Source: Minisyncoccota bacterium
GTDB taxonomy: Bacteria > Patescibacteriota > Minisyncoccia > Phycocordibacterales > UBA9973
Length of the DNA: 64,000 nt
Reading direction: 5' to 3'
NCBI GenBank assembly: GCA_041659785.1
Contig: JBAZXO010000004.1
Span: 13,270 to 77,269, forward strand
Shown here: positions 56,169 to 64,000 of the stretch, in pieces
Numbering within the stretch: position 1 is the first letter of the stretch
How the letters are laid out: the number at the start of each line of letters is the position of its first letter
Notes under the pieces: generated by a model
The model's database searches: none
What the model saw: only the letters and a program-made list of their open reading frames with translations
What the model was told of the DNA's origin: nothing
Made by a program: the position numbers and the translations under genes

Positions 56169-57539
56169 TTATATAAATATAGAAATAATCGCTCCAATAC
56201 CAACCAAAGAAATTAATACGAAAGTAATCCACCCAAAAATATTAGTACTTTTTTTATTTTTGAAATTACCCATAATGCTCTCATCTCCGCTTAAGTGAAC
56301 AATGAAGAAGATCATAAATGGAGAAATGATTCCATTCAAAACAGCGGAATAAATGAGCGCTTTGATCGGATCAAGACCGACAAAATTCAAAATTATTCCG
56401 AGGACCATCGCAATAATAATAATTCCATAAAAAGAAGTGCCTTGTTTTAATTTTCGATAAAGCCCCGTCTTCCAGCCGAAAGATTCTGAGATTGCATAAG
56501 ATGCCGAACCAGCGAGAACAGGTATAGCGAGGAGTCCCGTGCCTAAAATCCCTAAAGCAAAAAGGATGAAAGCGAAATTCCCAGCAAAGGGCCGCAAGGC
56601 TATCGCCGCATCAGAAGCTGTAGCAATATTTGTAATTCCATTCGCATAGAGTGTCGCTGCGCAAGCTGCGATGATAAAGAACATTATCATATTTGAAACT
56701 AGCATCCCTGACCATACATCGATACGCATATTTTTTATATCTAGAGGCGTAGTGCTAGCACGACGTATTGCTTCAGTTTTTTCTCCATGTAAAATCTGTT
56801 CTTCGACTTCTTGGGAAGATTGCCAGAAAAATAAATAAGGGCTGATGGTCGTGCCGAGAGCTGCTGTGATAAGGATAATCATATCTTTAGAAAAATGAAA
56901 ACTTGGTATTACTGTATTTCGTAATACTTCTCCCCAATTCATTTTTACAGAAAAAGCCGAAACAACATAAGCAAAGAGTATAAAGGTGAGATATTTTAAA
57001 TATTTAGCATATTTCTTATAAGAAATAAAAATTTGTAAAAATAAAGAAGCTATAGCAAAAAGAAAAATTAAAAAAATAAAATTTAAAAAAGGAAACATCA
57101 ACTGCGTTCCTTTCGCCATCGCCCCCAAGTCTGCCCCAATATTAAAAACATTAGCAAAAAGTAAAAGTGCTGTACATAAATAAAGAAGTTTCTTTGAGTA
57201 ATATTTTCTAATGTTCGCAGCGAGGCCGACTCCGGTAGCAAGCCCGATGCGTGCGCACATTTCTTGTATCGTCGCCATAAGTGGAAAAGAAAAAAGTGAC
57301 AACCAAATAAGACCGAAGCCTTGCGATGCACCCATTTGTGAATATGTAGCAATTCCAGAAGGATCATCATCTGCAGCACCTGTGATGAGCCCAGGACCTA
57401 ACTTTTTCCAATATTCTATAGCAGCTTTTACTGGCTTTTCGGCAACGATACCTTCTTCTAATTCGTGCCCGACTTCTACGCTCTTTTCCAAAATTTCTGC
57501 CGGTGCGCTAAAAAGTTTTTCCCAAATGCTCTTTCTCAT
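56169..57539 (-). CDS. mntH: NRAMP-family divalent metal transporter
   Basis: GPG.ITGAADDDPSGIATYS and MATIQE motifs; 11-12 TM. Confidence 0.8.
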   Translation of the reverse strand: MRKSIWEKLFSAPAEILEKSVEVGHELEEGIVAEKPVKAAIEYWKKLGPGLITGAADDDPSGIATYSQMGASQGFGLIWLSLFSFPLMATIQEMCARIGLATGVGLAANIRKYYSKKLLYLCTALLLFANVFNIGADLGAMAKGTQLMFPFLNFIFLIFLFAIASLFLQIFISYKKYAKYLKYLTFILFAYVVSAFSVKMNWGEVLRNTVIPSFHFSKDMIILITAALGTTISPYLFFWQSSQEVEEQILHGEKTEAIRRASTTPLDIKNMRIDVWSGMLVSNMIMFFIIAACAATLYANGITNIATASDAAIALRPFAGNFAFILFALGILGTGLLAIPVLAGSASYAISESFGWKTGLYRKLKQGTSFYGIIIIAMVLGIILNFVGLDPIKALIYSAVLNGIISPFMIFFIVHLSGDESIMGNFKNKKSTNIFGWITFVLISLVGIGAIISIFI

Positions 57540-57714
57540 GTTGTTTATTATGGCATATTTTTAAAAATTAAAATATGCTAAAAAAAATAACCTCTTAACA
57601 TATCATATATGATAGATTAAGAAATTAGGAAAGTTTTTTATATAAAAAGAAAAACCCACCCGATGAAGAATGAGCTTTCCTCAACCCGGACGGGTTTAAA
57701 TGATAATGGGATTT

Positions 57715-58110
57715 TCATCCCGTTTTGAGATCCTCTAATTTTTGGGCCTCGTAATGAACGTAAATCTCGGCACCACCCTTTAGAAGCAAATTGACCACTG
57801 CGGTTTTCTGCGAAAGGCCGAAACCTTTCAAAGGCCTGGTCTTTTTTGTGTCAAAGAAGACCATAAACACTTTCCCTTCTTTCTCTGTGACCAACTTCAG
57901 TCTTTCATCACGTAGGATGAGCATAGTAACTGCTTCATCATATGACATCCCCTCTCCTTTAAAATCAGGGGCCTTGGGGTAGAAGGCGTAAAACTTGCCT
58001 TCTCTTTGTATAACGACAATGTCCTTATTTCCGTAAGGCTGCTTCCCCTCTTTCCAGGCCCTAAAAGATTTTACCTCTTCACCACAAACTTTAAATTTGA
58101 AGGTATTCAT
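57715..58110 (-). CDS. Hypothetical protein
   Basis: 131-aa ORF with no family recognised. Confidence 0.3.
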   Translation of the reverse strand: MNTFKFKVCGEEVKSFRAWKEGKQPYGNKDIVVIQREGKFYAFYPKAPDFKGEGMSYDEAVTMLILRDERLKLVTEKEGKVFMVFFDTKKTRPLKGFGLSQKTAVVNLLLKGGAEIYVHYEAQKLEDLKTG

Positions 58111-58230
58111 GTAAAAATCTCCTTCGTGGCCTTAAGGCCTAGGGGCGACGAGTGTCGCCAAGGTTTTGAAGAACTAACTTAAACTTTATACTTGCATATT
58201 ATACACCCTAACGAGGCTTCTGTCAATCTC

Positions 58231-58809
58231 TTATATCCTAAGAATAGCCTCGGAACTGTCAGGATATAATCTAATAAGCCTAGAAGCCTTGCCGGTGATG
58301 ATTCCCCCATCCACATATAGGTCAACCTTATCTCCAAAATAGTCTTGTGCTTCAAAAATATCTTCTGCGGGAGGCAGTCCTTCAATATTTGCCGAAGGAG
58401 CAAGAAGTGGTCCGACATTTAATAAAAATTCTCGGAGTGGTTTAAAAGAAGGCACCCGAAATGCTAAGGTCTTCGTGCCACGATGCAGATAAGTAAATTT
58501 ATCATCAAGACAATCTAGAACGATAGATATGGGCTCAGGTTTATCTTGAGTAAAATTAAAAGACCAATATTTTTCTAAAACTTTTTTTTGCTCTCTATCA
58601 GGGTTAATAGAAAATTTTGCAAGCTCAGAAATATCACCAATTAATATTATGCAAGGCTTAAGAGACGTTCTTTTTTTAAGATTATAAATACGATCAACGA
58701 CAGAAGCTTCTTGCGCTCGTCCGACGATGCCATACAAAGTATCTGTCGGCATAACGACAACACCATTTTCTTCAAGAACTCTAATAAGATTCGGGTCATT
58801 CCATAGCAT
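58231..58809 (-). CDS. tsaC: L-threonylcarbamoyladenylate synthase (YrdC/TsaC-like)
   Basis: VVMPTDTLYGIVG motif; 192 aa. Confidence 0.7.
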   Translation of the reverse strand: MLWNDPNLIRVLEENGVVVMPTDTLYGIVGRAQEASVVDRIYNLKKRTSLKPCIILIGDISELAKFSINPDREQKKVLEKYWSFNFTQDKPEPISIVLDCLDDKFTYLHRGTKTLAFRVPSFKPLREFLLNVGPLLAPSANIEGLPPAEDIFEAQDYFGDKVDLYVDGGIITGKASRLIRLYPDSSEAILRI

Positions 58810-58862
58810 GGAAATAATTGTACTATTAGTGTATTATTAAGCAATAAGCTAATAAAAATATT

Positions 58863-59258
58863 ATGAACTTTTTAGATAAATTAGAAAGAAAGGTACGAGG
58901 AAAATTGAGCCACTATCCCATTTTCTATGCATTTGTGGGTGGTATCGGTGTTGTGCTTTTTTGGCGTGGAGTCTGGCACACAGCAGACGATTTGAATTTA
59001 GGCTCACTTATTTCAATAATTATCGGAGTCGTAATCCTTATACTCACGGGGGTATTCGTTTCTTCTTTTATCGGAAATCAGCTTATCATTTCTGGACTCG
59101 TTGGTGAGAAAAAAATAGCAGAAAAAGAAGAAGGTGAACTTCAGACAGAAGAAATGCGACTTAAAAGTCTCCAAAGTACTCTGAACAGATTAGAAAAAAA
59201 GCTAGACCACATAGACCAAGAAGTGGAAGAAAGGAAAATAGATAACAATCTTCAATAG
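58863..59258 (+). CDS. Small membrane protein with a C-terminal coiled coil
   Basis: Two TM helices then a charged heptad region. Confidence 0.3.
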   Translation: MNFLDKLERKVRGKLSHYPIFYAFVGGIGVVLFWRGVWHTADDLNLGSLISIIIGVVILILTGVFVSSFIGNQLIISGLVGEKKIAEKEEGELQTEEMRLKSLQSTLNRLEKKLDHIDQEVEERKIDNNLQ

Positions 59259-59287
59259 AATATTTTACGAGTTTATTTTTTTTAATA

Positions 59288-59363
59288 TGGGGTGCCTACA
59301 GGGATTCGAACCCTGACTAAGAGCTCCACAAGCTCTAGTGCTAACCATTACACCATAGGCACC
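59288..59363 (-). tRNA. tRNA-His (anticodon GUG) with encoded G-1 and CCA
   Basis: G-1 plus GTGCCTA/TAGGCAC, C73, anticodon loop TTGTGGA, T-arm CAGGG-TTCGAAT-CCCTG. Confidence 0.8.
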
Positions 59364-59427
59364 ATGTATGAATAGTTATAACAAAAAAAGCATAAAAATG
59401 CTAATTGATTGGTCGCAAATATTTTTG

Positions 59428-59509
59428 TGCCCAGGGGGGGACTCGAACCCCCATGCCTTTCGGCGCTACCACCTCAAGGTAGTAAGTCTACCAGTTTCTC
59501 CACCTGGGC
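59428..59509 (-). tRNA. tRNA-Leu (anticodon GAG), class II; no encoded CCA (A73 then CAA)
   Basis: Acceptor GCCCAGG/CCTGGGC, anticodon stem CTACC/GGTAG with loop TTGAGGT, variable arm GCC-gaaa-GGC, T-arm GGGGG-TTCGAGT-CCCCC. Confidence 0.75.
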
Positions 59510-59524
59510 ATGGTCAAACTCTAA

Positions 59525-59559
59525 CAAAAAAATCCACTTTTGTGAAATGGATTTTTTTG
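59525..59559. terminator. Intrinsic terminator downstream of rplS
   Basis: AAAAAAATCCAC-ttttgtgaa-ATGGATTTTTTT. Confidence 0.5.
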
Positions 59560-59570
59560 TTAATTAATTT

Positions 59571-59984
59571 TTATTCTGCAACTTTTTCTACTACTTCATC
59601 CTCTCCTTCTGCCTGGTTTGTGACAGAACGCATTTTTCGGCGAACATCTTTCACGGCCTTGGTACGAATATAGTAAAGTTTACTTCTGCGAGCACGAGCT
59701 CTTTTTGTTATTTTGATTTCTCCTATCATTGGAGAATATAAAGGGAAGATTCTTTCAACTCCGACACCGGAAGCAACTTTTCTAACAGTAAAAGTAGCAC
59801 CTGCCTCCGCTCCATGCTTTCTTGCAAGGACAATGCCTTCGAAAACCTGGAAACGAGACTTACCTTTTTCATCTATGATTTTTGATGAAACGGAAACTGT
59901 GTCTCCAGCCTTGAAATCAAGCTTCTTTCGCTCTTCAATGTCTACTGGACTGAATTTAATTGTGTTGATTTTATTTCCTGCCAT
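59571..59984 (-). CDS. rplS: 50S ribosomal protein L19
   Basis: 137 aa, L19 family. Confidence 0.9.
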   Translation of the reverse strand: MAGNKINTIKFSPVDIEERKKLDFKAGDTVSVSSKIIDEKGKSRFQVFEGIVLARKHGAEAGATFTVRKVASGVGVERIFPLYSPMIGEIKITKRARARRSKLYYIRTKAVKDVRRKMRSVTNQAEGEDEVVEKVAE

Positions 59985-60032
59985 AGTAAAAGCACTTTAA
60001 CATAAAAGATTTTTAAAGGCAATCAGATGCTT

Positions 60033-60074
60033 CCAGACGTTGGACGTCTGTAGCTACAGACGTCCAACGTCTGG
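60033..60074. repeat. 42-bp perfect GC-rich palindrome spanning the rluD-like stop codon
   Basis: CCAGACGTTGGACGTCTGTAG|CTACAGACGTCCAACGTCTGG. The right half encodes the C-terminal PDVGRL-stop. Confidence 0.85.
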
Positions 60075-60833
60075 ATTAGCTATTTTTCTAAACATTAAAG
60101 GTAAGGGCGATTCTACTTTTATTGTTTTACCTTTTAAGTCTTTAAATTCTATAGATTTAGCATGCAGAGCCATACGTTTTATATCTTTCGGGTGTGGTGC
60201 ACCAGGATTATAGAGCTCATCACAGACTACAGGATGATTTAAATATTTCATGTGCACACGAATCTGATGTGTACGACCAGTTTTCGGATATACTTCCAAA
60301 TATGTAAATTTAGAAGGCGCTTCGAACCTTTTTAAGACTTTATATTGAGTGATTGCTTCTCTAATTTCTCCTCGAACTCCTCTGCCAGAGAGATATCGAC
60401 GAAAGTCTGCGGGACTTCGGCCAATGGGTTTGTTGATTACTCCCCTATCGTCTTTAACCCAACCATTAACTATCGCAACGTATGTCTTGTTGATTCTATT
60501 TTGCCTGTCCGCCAATCCGCTACCAGTTTTTAATCCAAAAGCGGGGGCGGAAAACTGACTCTTTAAAAATTCATAAGCTTTTTTATTTTTTGCTAAAAGC
60601 AAAACACCGGAAGTGTCGCGGTCTAGTCTGTGAACAATGCCGGGGCGCACAATATCCCCCATTGGCTCACCTACGTTTTTCATTTTTGGATAATTTTCTA
60701 AAACCCAGTCCGCAATTGTTTTCTCCCCGCTAGCGTGGGGAGGTTTTGTTTTACCATCTCCATGCACCGAAATACCAGACGGTTTGTCTATGGCTAAAAT
60801 ATTAGAATCCTCATATAAGATTTTTATTTTCAT
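60054..60833 (-). CDS. RluA-family pseudouridine synthase (RluD-like)
   Basis: HRLDRDTSGVLLLAKN catalytic Asp motif; 259 aa. Confidence 0.75.
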   Translation of the reverse strand: MKIKILYEDSNILAIDKPSGISVHGDGKTKPPHASGEKTIADWVLENYPKMKNVGEPMGDIVRPGIVHRLDRDTSGVLLLAKNKKAYEFLKSQFSAPAFGLKTGSGLADRQNRINKTYVAIVNGWVKDDRGVINKPIGRSPADFRRYLSGRGVRGEIREAITQYKVLKRFEAPSKFTYLEVYPKTGRTHQIRVHMKYLNHPVVCDELYNPGAPHPKDIKRMALHAKSIEFKDLKGKTIKVESPLPLMFRKIANPDVGRL

Positions 60834-60836
60834 TTG

Positions 60837-60908
60837 TGCCCTTGGTAGGAATCGAACCTACATCAAAGCCTTAGAAGAGCTTCGTTCTATCCATTGAACT
60901 ACAAGGGC
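60837..60908 (-). tRNA. tRNA-Arg (anticodon UCU); no encoded CCA (A73 then CAA)
   Basis: Acceptor GCCCTTG/CAAGGGC, anticodon loop CTTCTAA, T-arm GTAGG-TTCGATT-CCTAC. Confidence 0.75.
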
Positions 60909-60922
60909 AAATTGAGAACATG

Positions 60923-60995
60923 TGCGCGGTGAGGGACTTGAACCCCCGACCTTCTCAGTGTAAATGAGTTGCTCTACCAACTGAGCTAACCGCGC
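60923..60995 (-). tRNA. tRNA-Val (anticodon UAC); no encoded CCA (A73 then CAU)
   Basis: Acceptor GCGCGGT/ACCGCGC, D-arm GCTCAGTTGGTAGAGC, anticodon loop TTTACAC, T-arm GGGGG-TTCAAGT-CCCTC. Confidence 0.75.
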
Positions 60996-61055
60996 ATTCA
61001 CTTTAATTGAAACAAAGAACTATATTCGTAATGCAAGTTAACGACATACCAAAAC

Positions 61056-61075
61056 AGCTAACCGCGCATTCACTT
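61056..61075. repeat. 20-nt direct repeat duplicating the tRNA-Val 5' end plus its 5' flank (copy of 60984-61003)
   Basis: AGCTAACCGCGCATTCACTT occurs twice, 72 nt apart. Confidence 0.8.
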
Positions 61076-61087
61076 CTAACGACCTAC

Positions 61088-61112
61088 TTCATCCCGCCAT
61101 GGCGGGACAAGA
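61088..61112. repeat. Family A GC-rich palindrome, intergenic copy (TCCCGCCATGGCGGGA)
   Basis: Read directly, 13 nt after the duplicated tRNA fragment. Confidence 0.75.
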
Positions 61113-61146
61113 AACATCTAACATCTACAATTTCAAATTAGCATTT

Positions 61147-61455
61147 TTACAAAGAAGGGTCAACAACAGCAGCCGGAGATTTTAATACATCAGCTGATTT
61201 TTGTTCTTTATCGGTAAAATAAAAAAGTACACTTTTTATACGATCTTCTTTTATCATTGGAATTTGTCCGCTAATATTAACAGCTGATGCGTTAGACTCT
61301 CCTTCTATTTGGTCAAAAAGCTGATAACCAAAAATACAAGAAAAAACAATACTAATAAATACAAAAATAACAGCGATTTTCCAATAAAAATTTGGGTTAA
61401 GATTAAAATCTTTTTTCTTAAAATTATTTTCTTTTTTAAAAAATTTTATTTTCAT
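61147..61455 (-). CDS. Small N-terminally anchored protein, last gene of the pilM-N-O-like operon (PilP-like position)
   Basis: 102 aa with a single TM. Confidence 0.3.
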   Translation of the reverse strand: MKIKFFKKENNFKKKDFNLNPNFYWKIAVIFVFISIVFSCIFGYQLFDQIEGESNASAVNISGQIPMIKEDRIKSVLFYFTDKEQKSADVLKSPAAVVDPSL

Positions 61456-61456
61456 T

Positions 61457-61996
61457 TTATGGAATAAAGCTTATAAGTTGTATCTTGAAAATTACCTCCC
61501 ATTCTGACGGGGGCATATTTTTACCGACTACTACTGGAGAAAATAATTTATGCATATCCATCGAGACAAAATCAATCTCATATGGAGCATTTTCTAAAAG
61601 TACTAAAAATTTATAAATTGCTTCAAATTTACCTGACGCTTTTAACCCAATCGTTAATTCAGGATTATTTGTTTTTGTATTAATTGAATCAATTTGAACA
61701 GAAACAACAGCTCTTTTAGCTAATGTTTCAATTGTGTTTAGAAAAGGAACAATATCAGAACTTTTAACAAAATGATCTTCCAACAAAACCCTATCAGAAG
61801 TATTTTTTTGTAATGCTCTATTGAGAGAAGAGACGTCTTCACGTCGACGTGCCTCTGTTTGTAGAGTTATTGTATTTTGTTGTATTTTTTGATTATTATC
61901 ATTTACTTTTCTATATAAAAATATAAGGGCAAAACAGAAAAACAACAAAAGTGTTGCGGAGATAAATAATAATATTTTTTGAAGGTTATTTTTCAT
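61457..61996 (-). CDS. PilO-like type IV pilus assembly protein
   Basis: Single N-terminal TM plus a coiled-coil periplasmic region, after a PilN-like gene. Confidence 0.4.
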   Translation of the reverse strand: MKNNLQKILLFISATLLLFFCFALIFLYRKVNDNNQKIQQNTITLQTEARRREDVSSLNRALQKNTSDRVLLEDHFVKSSDIVPFLNTIETLAKRAVVSVQIDSINTKTNNPELTIGLKASGKFEAIYKFLVLLENAPYEIDFVSMDMHKLFSPVVVGKNMPPSEWEVIFKIQLISFIP

Positions 61997-62000
61997 ATTT

Positions 62001-62543
62001 TTATAAAGGTATTAAACTCAAAGAAAAATTAATGTTACTTCCTTTTACAAAATTTGAAATCGGTAAATCAATATTTTTAAAATTTGGACTATCTTCTAAT
62101 GCTTGACGGAATAAAAGCAAAACCTCACGAGATGGTGCAGTACCAGTAATATTAATTTTTTTACCATTTATTATATTATTTTCATACGTTATTTGAGTAA
62201 TTTTAATATCAGATCTTTTTTTTAAAAGAATGGCATTTATAACTTTTACAGAAAGAAGAAACTTGTTTTTTTCAAATTTTTCAACCAAGGCAAGTTTATC
62301 ATTTACGTCTTTAACTATTGCAAGTGATTGTTCCCCAAGCGGAGGTAGTGGCTCCATTTTTTGATTTTCAAGTTTTGTGTTAATTAAAGAATATTTTACA
62401 GAAGAAATAAAATAAGATGGTAGCAAAGAGAAAAAAGCAATAAGAATAGAAAAATTAAGCATGAAAAAAAACAAAATAGCGATCCTATAGTAAAAATCTA
62501 TGGTCATCTTTTTCTTTTCTTCTTTTGGAATTAAATTGATCAT
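62001..62543 (-). CDS. PilN-like type IV pilus assembly protein
   Basis: Short cytoplasmic N-terminus, TM, then a periplasmic domain; follows the PilM-like gene. Confidence 0.45.
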   Translation of the reverse strand: MINLIPKEEKKKMTIDFYYRIAILFFFMLNFSILIAFFSLLPSYFISSVKYSLINTKLENQKMEPLPPLGEQSLAIVKDVNDKLALVEKFEKNKFLLSVKVINAILLKKRSDIKITQITYENNIINGKKINITGTAPSREVLLLFRQALEDSPNFKNIDLPISNFVKGSNINFSLSLIPL

Positions 62544-62553
62544 TTTAATTTAA

Positions 62554-63648
62554 CTAACTTTTACTTAAATCTCCTAAAGCAAGTCCTAATGCTGTCGCAA
62601 AAGCTAGAGATTGTTTAAAGCTCATTTCTGGAATATCATTTCTTGTATTGGGTATATTAATCCAAACATTTCCCATCTCCACAGTACTTTTCATACTAAC
62701 AGAAATATAGTCAGCGAGCCCTATTAAATTTGAATCGCCACCACAAAAAATTATCTTTTTTATTGGTGGATTATTTCTACCTTCTTCATCTTTGTGCGTA
62801 TGCCAATACATAAAATGTTTCACAAGCTCATCACGCAAAACAGAAACACTATTTAAAAGTACTGCAAATATTTCTTTATTATCAGTATTCCTCTCTAATC
62901 CATATTTTTCCTTCATTTTTTCTGCCTCTTCAAAACTTATATTAAAGTTTTTTTGAATCATGTTAGTCAACATCACTCCTCCCACATCAAGAGTAAAGGT
63001 AAAAACCACAATTCCTTTAGAAACAATAAAAATTCCGGTTCTTTTTTTACCAAAATCTACAATCATATAAGTATCTAAATCATCTTTTTTTATCAGTGCT
63101 CTAGAAATCGCTTGTGCTTCAAGCTCAAATGATTTAACTGATATATTAGAATGTTGAAAAATTAAAAGATAATTTTCAATTATATTTTTAGGGATAGCAG
63201 TAACCTGCACTTCAAGATTTTGAGCATTTTCACTAACTAGATCATAGTCAAAAATTGTGTCCTGGGCCATAATCGGAATGTGGTCTTCGAGAGCTAGTTC
63301 TATTCCTTCTCGAACATTTTTCAAACCTGCTTTTTCTAGCTTAAGAGCGAAGAGGTACACTTGCTCTTCTGGCAAGGAAACACGCACAGCTTTTACTCCC
63401 TCTTCTTTTCTTAAAGCTGAGAGAATTTCTTCCATTTTTTGGGAATCTATAATTTTCCCAGACTCAATGACGCCAGGAGGGATACTTCGTTCTCCGTATT
63501 TACCAACCTTTATACCATTTTTAGTAGTGACAAGTTCTACAAACTTTAATGATTCATCTGAAATATCCAGACCAAAAAATGGTTCTGATAGAAATTTAGG
63601 CGGAGGAAAAAATTTAAGGAAAAAATTATTAAATGAATTGCCAAACAT
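62554..63648 (-). CDS. pilM: PilM-like actin-fold type IV pilus assembly ATPase
   Basis: FFGLDISDESLKFVEL...MIVDFGKKRTGIFIV...FCGGDSNLIGL matches the actin-like ATPase fold of the PilM family; 364 aa. Confidence 0.6.
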   Translation of the reverse strand: MFGNSFNNFFLKFFPPPKFLSEPFFGLDISDESLKFVELVTTKNGIKVGKYGERSIPPGVIESGKIIDSQKMEEILSALRKEEGVKAVRVSLPEEQVYLFALKLEKAGLKNVREGIELALEDHIPIMAQDTIFDYDLVSENAQNLEVQVTAIPKNIIENYLLIFQHSNISVKSFELEAQAISRALIKKDDLDTYMIVDFGKKRTGIFIVSKGIVVFTFTLDVGGVMLTNMIQKNFNISFEEAEKMKEKYGLERNTDNKEIFAVLLNSVSVLRDELVKHFMYWHTHKDEEGRNNPPIKKIIFCGGDSNLIGLADYISVSMKSTVEMGNVWINIPNTRNDIPEMSFKQSLAFATALGLALGDLSKS

Positions 63649-63664
63649 AGTAATAGTATACTAT

Positions 63665-64000
63665 TTATCTAGCTCTCGTACCAGCTGGAATCTCATTATT
63701 TGGTTCCAATAGGGAAAATTTTCCATCTTCTGTAGAAACAGCCAATATCATCCCTTGGCTTTCAAAGCCTCGAATCATCCTTGGCTCTAAATTTGCAACA
63801 AACATGCATTTTTTACCAACCAAAACGGAACAATCTGGAAAATATAAAGAAATCCCTGAAACTATTTGCCTGGGTGTTGCTTCCCCCAAATCAACAGACA
63901 ACTTCAATAGTTTATCCGTATCAGGAACTTTTTCTGCAGATAATATTTTCCCGACAACAATATCAATTTTTTTAAAATCTTCTATGTTAATCATATTACT
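63665..64000 (-). CDS. tRNA-binding (Myf/EMAP-type OB-fold) domain protein; may be the C-terminal domain of a longer gene starting beyond the window
   Basis: F.KIDIVVGKILSAEKVPDTDKLLKLSVDLGE..RQIVSGI matches the tRNA-binding domain of MetRS-C/CsaA. The ORF reaches the window edge. Confidence 0.5.
   Translation of the reverse strand, partial: SNMINIEDFKKIDIVVGKILSAEKVPDTDKLLKLSVDLGEATPRQIVSGISLYFPDCSVLVGKKCMFVANLEPRMIRGFESQGMILAVSTEDGKFSLLEPNNEIPAGTRAR

Noticed and set aside
1-64000. CRISPR arrays, rRNA genes, transposase-bearing insertion sequences
   Set aside because: - I saw no regularly spaced direct repeats with unique spacers.
- I saw no rRNA-like conserved segments.
- I saw no DDE or serine-recombinase transposase ORFs.

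Overview
This window is an AT-rich bacterial chromosomal segment, roughly one-third G+C by eye, dominated by core translation and information-processing genes on the minus strand.

- **Core genes.** It holds a nearly complete S10-spc ribosomal-protein cluster (rpsJ to rplO plus secY), the str cluster (rpsL-rpsG-fusA-tuf), rplK-nusG-secE and infC-rpmI-rplT. It also holds smpB with a recognisable tmRNA next to it, ftsH, recG, a class II ribonucleotide reductase (nrdJ), ndk, map, adk, cmk, murB, mntH, tsaC, rluD-like, rplS, rpmB, a DEAD-box helicase, pilMNO-like genes and eight tRNA genes.
- **Likely taxon.** The short intergenic spacers, the many unplaceable small proteins and the odd tRNAs (Ile-UAU and an apparent Ser-ACU) suggest a reduced genome of the CPR/Patescibacteria kind. 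This is inference from gene content and base composition only.
- **Repeat families.** Four short repeat families lie over the core genes. Family A is a GC-rich palindrome, CCCGCCATGGCGGG, found in frame inside three different protein genes and once in intergenic DNA. Family B is a REP-like GC-rich compound palindrome in three intergenic copies. Family C is a conserved hairpin in two spacers of the ribosomal-protein operon. Family D is an AT-rich 85-nt repeat with 10-nt periodic TTTATAA iterons in front of several start codons.
- **Other unusual elements.** An ~0.8-kb cassette with G/C-ending codons sits beside an HTH-LAGLIDADG endonuclease gene that overlaps the 5' end of a tRNA, and a 42-bp perfect palindrome lies on a stop codon.
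- **Candidate systems.** I see two. One is an operon of an ECF S-component-like membrane protein, nrdJ, a PduO-type adenosyltransferase and an HD nucleotidase. The other is a dTMP and folate-type cluster: ThyX-like, Tmk-like, CYTH, MazG, dCMP deaminase, ATP-grasp, CofE-like, DHFR-like and YhhQ.

No rRNA or CRISPR array was seen. All protein calls rest on motif and family recognition by eye; I ran no searches.
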